This document shows, piece after piece, positions 1-10,828 of a stretch of 64,000 bases of DNA. Source of the stretch: Schizochytrium sp. TIO01 (Eukaryota > Protista > Bigyra: Labyrinthulomycetes); assembly GCA_004764695.1 (NCBI GenBank), contig SMSO01000025.1, positions 372,001-436,000 of the forward strand, written 5' to 3'. Both the position numbers and the translations under genes were made by a program. How positions within the stretch are numbered: the stretch's first letter is position 1; each line of letters opens with the position of its first letter. The notes beneath the pieces are model-generated. The model had not been told where the DNA came from, made no database searches, and worked only from the letters and a program-made list of their open reading frames with translations.

Positions 1-2
1 CT

Positions 3-284
3 ATTCCACTCTTTCAGCTAGTCGACGGCTCGGCATCGGCCAAGTCCTTTGCGCTAGCTTGTGCAGACCGAGCCAATGTTCCTCGTTCAATTTTGGACCG
101 CGCAGCAGTTATTCTGACATTAGCAGAGCATGAAATCTCTCCATCGCAAGATATGAATCGGGATGCAGAGCTGTGCCGATTGCTGCGAGCAATTGGTATG
201 CGAGATTGGCAAACTGCACCACAGAATGAAGTAATGAATTTGTTGAAAACAATTAACAGAATTAAAGATCATCAACAAGAATAA
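3..284 (+). CDS. MutS-family ATPase, C-terminal end (partial, runs off window start; MSH5-like)
   Basis: Frame is open from base 3 and reads IPLFQLVDGSASAKSFALACADRANVPRSILDRA, matching the MutS domain V C-terminal helix-turn-helix pattern (F.L..G.S..S.a...A..A.lP..ii.RA). Confidence 0.75.
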   Translation: MPLFQLVDGSASAKSFALACADRANVPRSILDRAAVILTLAEHEISPSQDMNRDAELCRLLRAIGMRDWQTAPQNEVMNLLKTINRIKDHQQE

Positions 285-1068
285 GGCTAGTCTTCGATTC
301 CTCAAAGTCATCTTCTTTGCTCTCCGTCTCATCACGCGCTCCAATTCCGGTGCGATGATAACGAACGTGAGAGTTCTGACGAATTTGTCTCCTACCCCGC
401 TGTTGTTGAGGGCTTGTATCTTGATTGTCGTCCTCTGGAGTCAAAACAAGAGACTGTTGAAGGGAAAAAGCTGAAACATTGACACGACTGGGGCTCTGCG
501 ATCCTGATTGTGGTTGACGCTCTAGGGAATAATCAAATGCAAGTTTGGATACACGGGGCCATAGAGCTCCAATAAAAGTCTCTCTCGCAATACTTTGTGT
601 ACTTGCATCTCTTGCGGTGGGTGCTGCACGTTCATTCATAGTCCGCATCAGGAGATCCATATGGCACCATGCAAGGGAAAGGCCCAGGAGCTCTCGCAAG
701 CCTTCATGTAATTCCAGACGGGAGATCTTGTTTGGAGTATTTCTTAATGTACAAGTTTGTGTGGTTTTTGAATAGCAAACAGGTCGAAAGGGGAAACCTG
801 GTTTGTGCGAGTTAGTCCACTTTTTGCAGCCGCTGGTGTTCGCTGGAATTTGATCAATCTTTATCCATGCTTTCTCCAAAATTCCGCGAGGTTGTTGGCC
901 GTGCTCATTCTGTGTCTTGGCCCACTGCCAAACTGCATCTCCTACAATTGTTAATAATCTGTCTGCTGTGACAAAGGAGTCTGTTGGAACCTTACGAAGC
1001 TCTCGGGTATGAACTTCTCCGGAGTTAGGGTCGCGTCTCTGCACGCGAACTTTTCGAAGTGCTTCCAT
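262..1068 (-). CDS. Hypothetical protein, 268 aa, possibly the last exon of a longer gene
   Basis: ATG-initiated 807-nt ORF with no recognisable domain. Splice-like signals lie upstream (GTGAGT at 1970 and ~1598; CTACAG acceptor at ~1852). Confidence 0.5.
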   Translation of the reverse strand: MEALRKVRVQRRDPNSGEVHTRELRKVPTDSFVTADRLLTIVGDAVWQWAKTQNEHGQQPRGILEKAWIKIDQIPANTSGCKKWTNSHKPGFPFRPVCYSKTTQTCTLRNTPNKISRLELHEGLRELLGLSLAWCHMDLLMRTMNERAAPTARDASTQSIARETFIGALWPRVSKLAFDYSLERQPQSGSQSPSRVNVSAFSLQQSLVLTPEDDNQDTSPQQQRGRRQIRQNSHVRYHRTGIGARDETESKEDDFEESKTSLILVDDL

Positions 1069-3884
1069 AATGATTGATCAAGAAATCAGATGACTGTCTC
1101 GTAGCGCAGAGGCAAATAGTTTTGATATTGTAGAAGATGCTTGATTACCTTGATATCCTTGCCATATGCCAGCTTAAGTTTAAGGTCTATTTGCTCCAAA
1201 TCGAGTTGGGGGTTTGCTTGCTATGTTAGTGACCTGATCGCACACAGCTGATTTCCCGGTTAACGATAGAGCCCGAGGATTGCTTCTGAACAGCACACGT
1301 GCAAACTCACCAGGACAGGGAAAGTGCAAGGAAGGAGCGTGGAGGAACGCTGATCGTATCAAGCACGCCTTAGTCCAGCAAAATAAAACAGTGCTGGCTG
1401 ACGCTGTATGTTATTCTTTACTGGAGTTTCCAAAGCAGCTACAAGACTGGCTAATCTCGATAATTCTTTGTTACCAGCTAGAGAAGCGAGCCCCACTCCT
1501 CTGCTACCGCGCCTTTATGGTTGATATTGCACGCAAGGTCAGACCCGTGACCTGGTCTGGTCAAACGCCCTACGAGCGGAGAAAATAAAAGACTCACAGT
1601 CTACTCTTTAGTTGATGGCGTTTCAGAAAGCTATTGCTGGTGTGTCTTTACGCGTGAGAATAGAATCGAGCTTCTAAGCAGCAAAAGACCAAGAGAATGT
1701 CGTGTGGTCCACTCAATACTTATGCAAGCCGTCTTTGGCTTTGCTCAACTTCGTAAAAGCGCCCAGCTCGCTGCCGTCGCTTTTTCTCTTCTTCCTGCTC
1801 CTCTTCCAGGAAATTTTGCCTAAAGAAAGAGTGGTTGTCAAAAAACCGTGCCTGTAGTAGAATATTATCTTCAATCTAATGTAAGACTTGATCGTTTCAA
1901 ATGAGACCTGCTTATACTCTGTTTTCTTTTTCTCGATCAACTGTGAGAAAATTTTAAAGGATTTACTCACAAGCTATTCTCACAGAGCTCCCTTTGTGCA
2001 GTGATCTTGGCGTGCGTGCAGTAGCCACTCGAGGGAAACCAGCAAGACAGCCTTCAGCCTAGTGGCCATTCGTGGGGCACCTCAGAACCCCGATAATTTG
2101 CACGCACGCACCCTAGATAGCCTAGCCCGGGTTTCGTACTGCTGCTCTGGGTCTGGAAACCGAGCCCCAGAGCGGCCTCAAGTCCAAAGTAACTCCCAAG
2201 TGTCTTCCTCTAAGCAGGTCCGTTGAAAACACCTGGAACTTACTAATTCGGCGCACAGTTGCGCCGAATTATTAATGTTTTTTCTGTTTCTGCTTTTAGT
2301 TTACTTTTGCTTTTGCTTTTCTGCTTCGAGTTGCTTCACAGTTGGATTGATGTCTTCAAGTTGTTCAGGGGGAGGAATCCTATCACTTCCCTCCTCTCCG
2401 ATCGCTCGGGAACTCGATGGTTGCCATGTTTCTGTGTCGACTTTCCATGTTCTGCCTAGGTAGTGCAATCCGATCGAGTCAAAGAAGCCCCACAATCATC
2501 GAAATGAAGAACAACTTTTAGTCATAAGTTGTGAAATTCTTTATAATTTACGATTTCATGCAAACAGGCGCCGCTGATGGACTCTATCTACTTTACTCAA
2601 ACGAGCTCTGTTCGGACAACGAGACCGCCGACAGCCCCGGCCCCAGCTGCTGGCCGGTTTACAATCGTGACGATGATACCTTGCGACAAGCGATTAATCT
2701 GCGATGCGTTTTGGGCGTGTTCTCCTAAGATCAGTGCCCTTTCACGAAACAACTTTGGGTAGGTACGTATGATAACTAAAGGATTGTCTCCTACTTTGCA
2801 GCGAGCTGGGTCTCCGCGAAATCGACAATCAGCTCTATCATCGTCAGCTCCATCATCGAACAAGGGACGGCCGCAGTTTGGCGCAGCGCCTACTATCCTG
2901 CTGCTGCTGCTGCTGCTGCACTGTCGCAGGAGGAGTTCATGTCTTCATAAGTTGTCAAGCAAGCTGGCAGAACCTCATGCTCTGCTTCGGTGGGCACACC
3001 GAGCGAGAGCCTCGTGGTTCGTTTTACTTGATGCTGATCGAAACTAGGAACCGAAACAGCTAGAAGAGTGGCACCGAAGGCAGACCCAGAGGCAGAGCCT
3101 GTGCATATTCACCGCTGCCTGAGCTGAGGAGGAGTGGAGCTGCTATGGAGCTACACGAAGCGGCGGAAACCCTCATTACAGCCCAGAACTCCAAGCACGA
3201 CAAACGACTTTAGGGCCAAGGTACGCGCGACATTGTTTCATAAGCGGCCATGGGCTCCGCTGCAAGATACGATCGCTCGCGATACTCGAGGTGTCTTCGT
3301 CTTGAAGTTCTGCTTCAAGTTCTTCGGGCTCGAGCCGAGGTCTTCGGTCGCCATTGCAAGAAATGGCTTGGAGGCGACTTGAAGAAGGCGCAAAGACCTC
3401 GTGCAATCTGTATGAAAGTATGTAATTCTCATCAACAATGAGCGCCTTTTTATAGTGCGGTAGGCAGGCGCTAGCTAACTCTTAGGTAGGAGGGTCCTAG
3501 TGTAGTATGAGTGAGGAAAGAAAACAGAGAAACGAAACTCTTTTCTTTGATATCTGATGATTTTGAAGAGTGAATGAGTACGTAAGTAAATTCTATTTTT
3601 TTGTTTTAAAGTTTATTTTGTAAAGAGGAGTATATCATACTATGATAAGTGAGTATTGTTTTTAGTTTTCGTGAGTTTTTCTCATCGTCATTCGGTTTAT
3701 GAGATGGATTTGATAAGTTTACTTGTTATGCAAATTTATAAATTTGTAAATAATCATTTTTCGACTCGAAGTCGAAGTTTCAAAAGACTCTTCACACGAA
3801 GACAGTCTCGCGCCCATTCCGCTTTTGGGGACCTCACCGCCTCGCGGGAGACCACCCGCGGCGAACCTGCAGAGCCCGACTGCG

Positions 3885-6800
3885 ATGAGCGGGTCCAATC
3901 GCACCCCACCACCTGCCGCAGGTGCCTCCGCCACGCAGGCACTGGCACTGACACCGGCTAACGTCTCGGGGGACCGGGCCATGGGGGCGCCGAGCACGGA
4001 TTCGAAAGGTGCGCTAGAAACCTCTTCTTTAGAGGCTCCTGAACCGGAACTGATGTCCTCGCAAGGTATATCAACGACAGGAAGTAGTTCGCCTGTTAAG
4101 AGGGCTCCTCTATCGCACGGTTCTGCTGGCGGGGAAGGCGACCTGAGGTCGCCGCTGATGGCGAACTCTGCAGACTTTGGGGGTGCCCCAAGCACAACGA
4201 TTTTGACGGACAACTTTGCAGGCGTGAAGGGCGACCCTAGCATGCTAGATTCCTCAATGAAACCCTTCAACACTCACGAAACTGCTGTTGCAGAATTGGG
4301 GATGAAATCTGAAGATCCTGAAGCAGGGTCCGTGGCAAGGAAATCAGATGTGGGTTCTGAACTCGAAGACACGTCAAAGAACACCGCTACTACAGGGTCT
4401 GATAGTGAACGGATACCTTCAACACTGCCTCAGCAGCGGCATCAGCAGTACGTAAGGGAGGCTGATGACAACCATAATTACCACCATCACCATGAAGACG
4501 GCATTGAAAGAACCCAGGGAGAGACCGAAGAGAACCCTGAACAATTGTATGGAGAAGATGACAAGAGTTCGCTGGACTTGGGCAGGGTAACAGAACCTGC
4601 ACACATCTCTATCGAGCTTGGCAATGAATCTCAACAGTTAAAAACACTGGAAACATCGATAGGAAGTGGAGAGCCAGAGTCGGCAAGGACATGTGGAGAT
4701 GACAGCGACGAGGAAACTGGTAGCAGCAGTGGCGAAAGCGAGCGCATGCCTGATACAGCTACATATAAACATATTACTGAGGAGGATGAGGATGCCGACG
4801 AAGAAGCTGAAAAGGGCGACACAGTAAGTGAACTTCGCTCTAAAATTACAAAAGATGAACTCCGCATCGAACTTCCGTTTGATGATGACAACGATGATGC
4901 AGAAAGCGATTCTGGAAGTGTCGTTGAAGTTGATGAGGAAAGCGAGACCGGCAGTGTTGTAGAAGTTGAAATTAGCGATGATCGCGCCTCGGATGCAGGC
5001 GAAAATGCCGCAAGTGTTGAACACCCTAAATACGCAACATTGGCAAATTTGGTAAATGATCGCACAGCAGAAGCAAGCATGAACTTGCACTCCATGACTG
5101 GTCGAGATCTTTTGCGAACGTTAGGGTTCTGTTTTCTTGGCAATCTTATTGCACTAATTCTGACTGCAATTTCAATATCTTGGACAAGGAAAGTTGAAGA
5201 GGATTATACAAAAGACTCGCTAAATGTAGTTCTCTTCTGGCTCATTATCCGCGTTCTACAATCATTCTGGATGACCGCTGTTGTGATCTTCTTCTCATAC
5301 ATTGTCGCATCAGACCTTGAGTCACCAGACATCCTCGCCACTGACCAAAGTAAGCTTCGTGTGCGTAAGACTTCTCAGGCCGTAGTGCTCCTATGCGCCT
5401 GGTGCACATGGCTTTTGCCCTCTCTTAACCCTGCAGCCACAATTACAGATCTTTATGCCTTTGTAATTGCCCGACAGACCTCTTCTTTGCAATACTACCT
5501 GCAATTTTGGCCTCGTCAGCGCTACAGTGTTGCTGCCGACGCAATCTTCGTGGCTTCTTTTTTTTATGGTGTCATCGTATTATTTAAGTGGATTCGAATT
5601 GAAGCTATCAAACGTGAGAAGTGGCTCCGTATTTCCTTGCAGCATGATGGAACTTCCTCAAATATGCAGGCTGTTACTGAATCTCTTGTTGATGACCAGA
5701 CAAAAGGACAAGATCATGTGCGCTCCGTTAAAGGAATTGTTCCCCGCGCAGCAGTTGTCTACGTGGTTTTCCGCCTCGCTTTTGGTGAAGCTTTTAATTT
5801 TTCCATGGGCTTCGTCCCAGGCACAGCATGGATTTCACTAATTCGTTATTGCAGAACTTTGGTTCCCGTTGGCACCCCTTCACCTTGCTCGACATACGAT
5901 GACAATGTATTGACAGCTCTAATTGTGATATTTAGTGCATGGGAACTTGTTTTAGTCGCATGGATTTTTTTTGAGGCGCGACGTGCACGCAATATTCTCT
6001 CTCTGTACTATCTGCTGCAAGGCCGTGCTAACCTAGTTTCTTTCCACGTTCTCGTGACTGTTTTCTCCTTTCAGATGTTCTTTCTTTATCTCCTCGCCAT
6101 TTCTTCCGAATCTGGTCTAGCCCAGATGTTTGCTTTCTATAACGGATTAGATTTTAGCGGGGTGTCATATGGTGATGGACCTGTTGCTATTGTAGTATTG
6201 ACATGGATCACGGCTCTTGTATATATGTTTCTGCCGTGCGACTGGACCCTGACGCCCCGCTGTTGGAAGCGCGTGCGAGATACAGGATATCACTATATGA
6301 AGTCTTACAATGAATTTGCAATGGGTGCTCTTGGAGATACATATGTGGTGGATCATCTGGATGTCTTGTCTGAGGATAAAGAGCACACTGAATTTTCCTC
6401 TACAGAAATGGCACCAGGCGATTATGTAACAGCCGATGCCATCAATCATTGTCTCGAACACCGCGCGAGCAATTTCTTCAGCTTTGACATTGCTGCACTT
6501 CTTTGGAACTTTGCGCACACCATGTACTTAACAGGTACGGCGAGATTTGCTCAGTCAGACCCTGATGTCCTGCTGCTGATTGAGGATGAACAATTCGCTT
6601 TGGTTGCGCAAATATCAGACGAGTCTGTTAATGCTTATTGCGCAGTATTTGCTTCCTCTGAAATGATTGTAATTGCGTTTCGAGGAAACGGCTCCCGCAT
6701 ACCAGCTAACTTTGTTGGGGCTCAAGTTCCTCGCATGACTCAGCCATTTGAACAGCACAGCGATGGGAGCAGTGATCCTGCGCAGACCCTACCTTCTCGA

Positions 6801-9800
6801 TCCCTCAGTAGGATGGTGCGGATGAGCTCTTCAATCTCCTCGGGAAATACAGCAACAGGTTCTACTTTCCCATTTCCTGTAATCAATTCGAACTTTTGCA
6901 CATGGTTCTTCCGGAACCTTGGTGCGTCAGGACCATACTTTGCAAAGTCTTCGTTAGTCCGTGGTGATGTTTACGAACGTTACAGTGTCGTCTCGGATCG
7001 AGTCATGACTGTTGTACAACGTTTGCTGGAGCAAAAATCACGGCCTATCTTCACAACTGGTCATGGTCTTGGAGGTGCATATGCGAGCTTGTGCGCCCTT
7101 GAGCTAGCTCGTAAAAAGCAAGACATTGGAGCTAGAAACATTGCTGTATATTCTTTCGGTTCACCCAGAATTGGAAACCTTGCCTTTAAGCGTGCATATA
7201 ATGAGCTGGTTGGCAACCATTTCGATATTGCAAACGTTTCAGACGCCCTACATACGCACCGGGAATCGTGCTTACCCTGGGAAACGCCACCTCTGGCTCG
7301 TCTCGGGACATTGGTGTTGGTCGATAGTCTAGGTAATCTTGTTCTTCGGCCCGATTGGTTGGAAACGCACATCATGAGAGTCTCAAAGCGTCAGAAATTT
7401 AATGGGCATGAACCTCTTGCGTATACGACTGCTTTGATGCAATGGGCCCATCGAATGCATGGATCACAGTATCGTCCACTATGGACTTCTAGCTTGCATG
7501 AAGTCAAATTGAGGCTTAGTGTGAGCACCAGTGCTGCTGAGGTAGCAAGAATGGTTCCCAAAGAAGACGAAGAGAGCCCTGAGCAAATTCCTCAAGATGT
7601 ACTGGAGGGATGGCAGGCGAGCGTAATCCGGTCTTACTTGCGTACTTCTCAGGTTGGGCTTGGGCCGTACTTTGAAGAAGCATGCATTCGTCTACGGGTG
7701 CTTAGAATTACAGGGTTGCATGCAGATACTAGTTCCTGTATTGTGTCTTGTGGACCTCAGGGTATCAGTAGCTCCTTGTGGGAGGTCGGCAAAACGAAGC
7801 CAGAGCGACTGCAGCACCGTTCAACGCTCGCAGGTCTGGAGCTAACTTCATCTGCTAACTCCCCCGACTCAAGTCTCTCGCGCAAATCAAGCAAGTCAAA
7901 TGTATTTGGACTAGGTGTTGATGCTGCTGCTCTAGCTGCAATGCCAACTCGCTTTGTTGACTTTACCTCAAGCGAGCCCATGTACTTTGGTGTTATGCAA
8001 AAACTTCGCCCATGTGCCACCCTCATCATTGCCGGGGTCGATGTAGCGCATGGAAACTTTGGCTCCGTGTGTCTTCCTATTACAGAACTTTTCCCTATTC
8101 CCCTTGATAAGCCGAAAGCCGTATCTTTCGAATTGACCGGTCGAGCCCGCAGAGAATATGCTGGAGAATTGAAAGTTCACATTGAAGTCGAAAATGTTGG
8201 CCATATCCCGCTTGGTGCTCTCGCTAGCACGCAGCATGTAACCCCGGATCCTCTCGCAACAGCACCAAGTCAGAGTCACATTCAAGCTCGTCACCGTACT
8301 TCCCTAAGTGGGGGGATTCCCCGCTTCCGTCATAATACCGACGATGAAGCTCCTGAAGTATCTAGCCGCCTGCCTTCTGCGGGCACTTTGCAACTTTCTC
8401 AGCCGATGGCCTATTTCTATCTCAAACGTAACTTCAATGGTAACCTGCAGCGGGTAATTCTACGAGTTGGTATTATGAAGGCAGCTTTGCGCACTTTACG
8501 TTTGGTCGCCAAGGATGGGTCCCCTGCGCAAGAGATCTATGCGATCGTTCGCCTTGGAAAGGAGACTGGTCGCTTACGTGGGTCAACGAACATCCACTCC
8601 CCACAATGGAATGAACTCTTTACGTTTGGTAAATTGGAGCCGCTGACTGGATTTGAAGAGCTTCAGGTGGAGTTTTATGCTAGTTCAAGTAATGGGTACG
8701 CCCAAGAAGCGGAATTCTCGAGGTCGGAATCATTTCCGGATGATCTGCATCGCATGGCGCATCTATCCCAGCGTTCATATTCTGCTGCTTCTAACGAAGA
8801 GCGTCCAAGTGCATCCCATAGACGTGGTCATGCGATTGGAGAAGGTAACGTTCAAAGTGTAGATTCAATGCCCATTATGAGCAACCATTTCGGCAGCGGG
8901 GTTTCAGGAGGGGGACCGTCGCGTTTCGCATCATGGGGCGATCCTCAACTTAGCTTTGGTTCAGGAGGACCTGCTGTTTTTCCGCTTGGTTCTACCTCGC
9001 TAGGTCATTCCTCAATGTCTCAGTCTCAATTTTCCTCCGAACCTGGCCGGAATGATCGCCTTCTTGGTGTTGTAGAGCTTCCATTCTCAACAATTATTTC
9101 TGACTACCAAGATACCATGGTTGAACATCAGCAAGATGCTGTTCTGGTGCAATGGGAGTCTTTTGAGCCCACTACAAGCCGGTCAAGGTCCGCCACAGAC
9201 AGTGACGAGGATACCACAAGCCTTGATAAGAAATCAGAAAAGGGCTTTGGATCACCGTCGTCGATCGCATCGAGCTCAAAATCGATTTCCTTAGAGTCGT
9301 CCAGCATTTCAAAACTTTCTAAGAATACAAAACATAGGCAAAACAAGTTTGGGGAGCTTCCCGGACATGTATGTTTTGCCTTTGAACTTACCACGGAACC
9401 TCTGACTTCAGAGGTGCTGACCCCAAAGGTAAGACCCGGTCTACATGTGCAGCGACCAAGCTTACACGATGGAAGGGAAAACATTGGGTCTCCACGAGGA
9501 AAAGACTCCTCTGGCTCTGGTGGCAATCTGATTTCAATGGGTTCTTCAGGATCATTGAATGGAGGGAACATCATTTCTGGTAATAACGCATCCGGAAGTG
9601 GCACTAGCTTGCTCTCTGGTCCTGCAAACACAAGTTCAGGTAGCCCGGGCGTCAACATGAATGGTGGAGGTGCGAACAGTACCATAAATAATAGTGGAAC
9701 TAGTACACGACGTCGCACGAACATGGTTCGTCAGGCTTCAGGTTCCTTGCGTACTTTCATGAGCCTCGCAACTAATCCAATGACTGTGAATTTTCGTAGT

Positions 9801-10562
9801 AATCGCTCACATAGCGCAGCAAGTTCTGTATCCACACCTGACGCTGCTGCGGCGACCTTGCATCGCTCAGACACCTTTGAGGCACCACGGGAGTTTTTCC
9901 AATTAGAAAGTCACTCTATTCTATCTCAATCTGTACCTGAGGATTGGCGAACAAAATCTTCGAGCAATTTTGATGAGCGTGCATTTGTGGTGCGAGTGCA
10001 TGTGTTCCGTGCTGATCAGCTTGATATAAGACCGCCGGAAGGTAGCTCTCTTGGTGAAAGCCCACGCCGGCCAAGTGTAGTTCTCACAAGCTCACTTGAT
10101 TCGCAGGCTTCCATTGACCTTCCTTGTGTTGATTCCTACTGTGAGGTTTCGTTGTTGGACCCCCTTAACGGATTTGAAAAAATGCAATCTCGTAAGACCG
10201 TGGTTATTCGGGACAGCATAACACCAGCATGGGATGAATCCTTCAGTTTTGGTAAAGACCGGACACGCCCGATTCGAGGTAATGAAATTTTATCGTTTGC
10301 TGTTTACAACTGGGAGATGAATGGGAAGAGCTTACCCTTTGGAGAAGTGCGATTACCAATGAGCAAGCTACAAGAGTCTCTCGGAATGAAATGCTCCTTC
10401 ACGGAGCCCTTGGAGAGATATGACGAGGCGGGAAATCTTATCTCTCGTTCGGGAGCAGTGCCGGATATTTCATTTGCAATCCTTGTCACCGAGTTTGTCA
10501 CTCGTGACAATTCGAGGAATTCCCTCGAGAGACCTGAAACCTCAAAGTCTCCCATGCTATGA
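3885..10562 (+). CDS. Large multi-pass membrane protein with a class-3 lipase-like domain (Ser replaced by Gly) and up to three C2 domains
   Basis: 6.7-kb uninterrupted ORF, first ATG at 3885. Acidic disordered N-terminus, about 9-10 hydrophobic segments, Lipase_3 motifs (IVIAFRG, FTTGHGLGGAYA, YSFGSPRIGN, NVSD) and C2 motifs (SPQWNELFTFG; KTVVIRDSITPAWDESFSFG...FGEVRLPM). Confidence 0.9.
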   Translation: MSGSNRTPPPAAGASATQALALTPANVSGDRAMGAPSTDSKGALETSSLEAPEPELMSSQGISTTGSSSPVKRAPLSHGSAGGEGDLRSPLMANSADFGGAPSTTILTDNFAGVKGDPSMLDSSMKPFNTHETAVAELGMKSEDPEAGSVARKSDVGSELEDTSKNTATTGSDSERIPSTLPQQRHQQYVREADDNHNYHHHHEDGIERTQGETEENPEQLYGEDDKSSLDLGRVTEPAHISIELGNESQQLKTLETSIGSGEPESARTCGDDSDEETGSSSGESERMPDTATYKHITEEDEDADEEAEKGDTVSELRSKITKDELRIELPFDDDNDDAESDSGSVVEVDEESETGSVVEVEISDDRASDAGENAASVEHPKYATLANLVNDRTAEASMNLHSMTGRDLLRTLGFCFLGNLIALILTAISISWTRKVEEDYTKDSLNVVLFWLIIRVLQSFWMTAVVIFFSYIVASDLESPDILATDQSKLRVRKTSQAVVLLCAWCTWLLPSLNPAATITDLYAFVIARQTSSLQYYLQFWPRQRYSVAADAIFVASFFYGVIVLFKWIRIEAIKREKWLRISLQHDGTSSNMQAVTESLVDDQTKGQDHVRSVKGIVPRAAVVYVVFRLAFGEAFNFSMGFVPGTAWISLIRYCRTLVPVGTPSPCSTYDDNVLTALIVIFSAWELVLVAWIFFEARRARNILSLYYLLQGRANLVSFHVLVTVFSFQMFFLYLLAISSESGLAQMFAFYNGLDFSGVSYGDGPVAIVVLTWITALVYMFLPCDWTLTPRCWKRVRDTGYHYMKSYNEFAMGALGDTYVVDHLDVLSEDKEHTEFSSTEMAPGDYVTADAINHCLEHRASNFFSFDIAALLWNFAHTMYLTGTARFAQSDPDVLLLIEDEQFALVAQISDESVNAYCAVFASSEMIVIAFRGNGSRIPANFVGAQVPRMTQPFEQHSDGSSDPAQTLPSRSLSRMVRMSSSISSGNTATGSTFPFPVINSNFCTWFFRNLGASGPYFAKSSLVRGDVYERYSVVSDRVMTVVQRLLEQKSRPIFTTGHGLGGAYASLCALELARKKQDIGARNIAVYSFGSPRIGNLAFKRAYNELVGNHFDIANVSDALHTHRESCLPWETPPLARLGTLVLVDSLGNLVLRPDWLETHIMRVSKRQKFNGHEPLAYTTALMQWAHRMHGSQYRPLWTSSLHEVKLRLSVSTSAAEVARMVPKEDEESPEQIPQDVLEGWQASVIRSYLRTSQVGLGPYFEEACIRLRVLRITGLHADTSSCIVSCGPQGISSSLWEVGKTKPERLQHRSTLAGLELTSSANSPDSSLSRKSSKSNVFGLGVDAAALAAMPTRFVDFTSSEPMYFGVMQKLRPCATLIIAGVDVAHGNFGSVCLPITELFPIPLDKPKAVSFELTGRARREYAGELKVHIEVENVGHIPLGALASTQHVTPDPLATAPSQSHIQARHRTSLSGGIPRFRHNTDDEAPEVSSRLPSAGTLQLSQPMAYFYLKRNFNGNLQRVILRVGIMKAALRTLRLVAKDGSPAQEIYAIVRLGKETGRLRGSTNIHSPQWNELFTFGKLEPLTGFEELQVEFYASSSNGYAQEAEFSRSESFPDDLHRMAHLSQRSYSAASNEERPSASHRRGHAIGEGNVQSVDSMPIMSNHFGSGVSGGGPSRFASWGDPQLSFGSGGPAVFPLGSTSLGHSSMSQSQFSSEPGRNDRLLGVVELPFSTIISDYQDTMVEHQQDAVLVQWESFEPTTSRSRSATDSDEDTTSLDKKSEKGFGSPSSIASSSKSISLESSSISKLSKNTKHRQNKFGELPGHVCFAFELTTEPLTSEVLTPKVRPGLHVQRPSLHDGRENIGSPRGKDSSGSGGNLISMGSSGSLNGGNIISGNNASGSGTSLLSGPANTSSGSPGVNMNGGGANSTINNSGTSTRRRTNMVRQASGSLRTFMSLATNPMTVNFRSNRSHSAASSVSTPDAAAATLHRSDTFEAPREFFQLESHSILSQSVPEDWRTKSSSNFDERAFVVRVHVFRADQLDIRPPEGSSLGESPRRPSVVLTSSLDSQASIDLPCVDSYCEVSLLDPLNGFEKMQSRKTVVIRDSITPAWDESFSFGKDRTRPIRGNEILSFAVYNWEMNGKSLPFGEVRLPMSKLQESLGMKCSFTEPLERYDEAGNLISRSGAVPDISFAILVTEFVTRDNSRNSLERPETSKSPML

Positions 10563-10828
10563 TAAGGCATCGTGCGGACTTTGCATGATCTTCGTTCCTA
10601 TATTTTCATGTCTTTTTAATTTGATAAAGAAAGGTTTGTTTAAGGCCTTATATTGCTATTTTCTATAGTATCAAAAGTATGGCTCGTCAATGTTCGTATT
10701 CTACGAACCCACTAGGATCAAGGTAGTCCTTAAAAGAATACTGTCTATCATCAACACATGAGTTAGCCTTCATACATTCAATTGTCTCTTCTTCGTAATT
10801 TATAAATTAATTTTCATTAAGGAGATGC

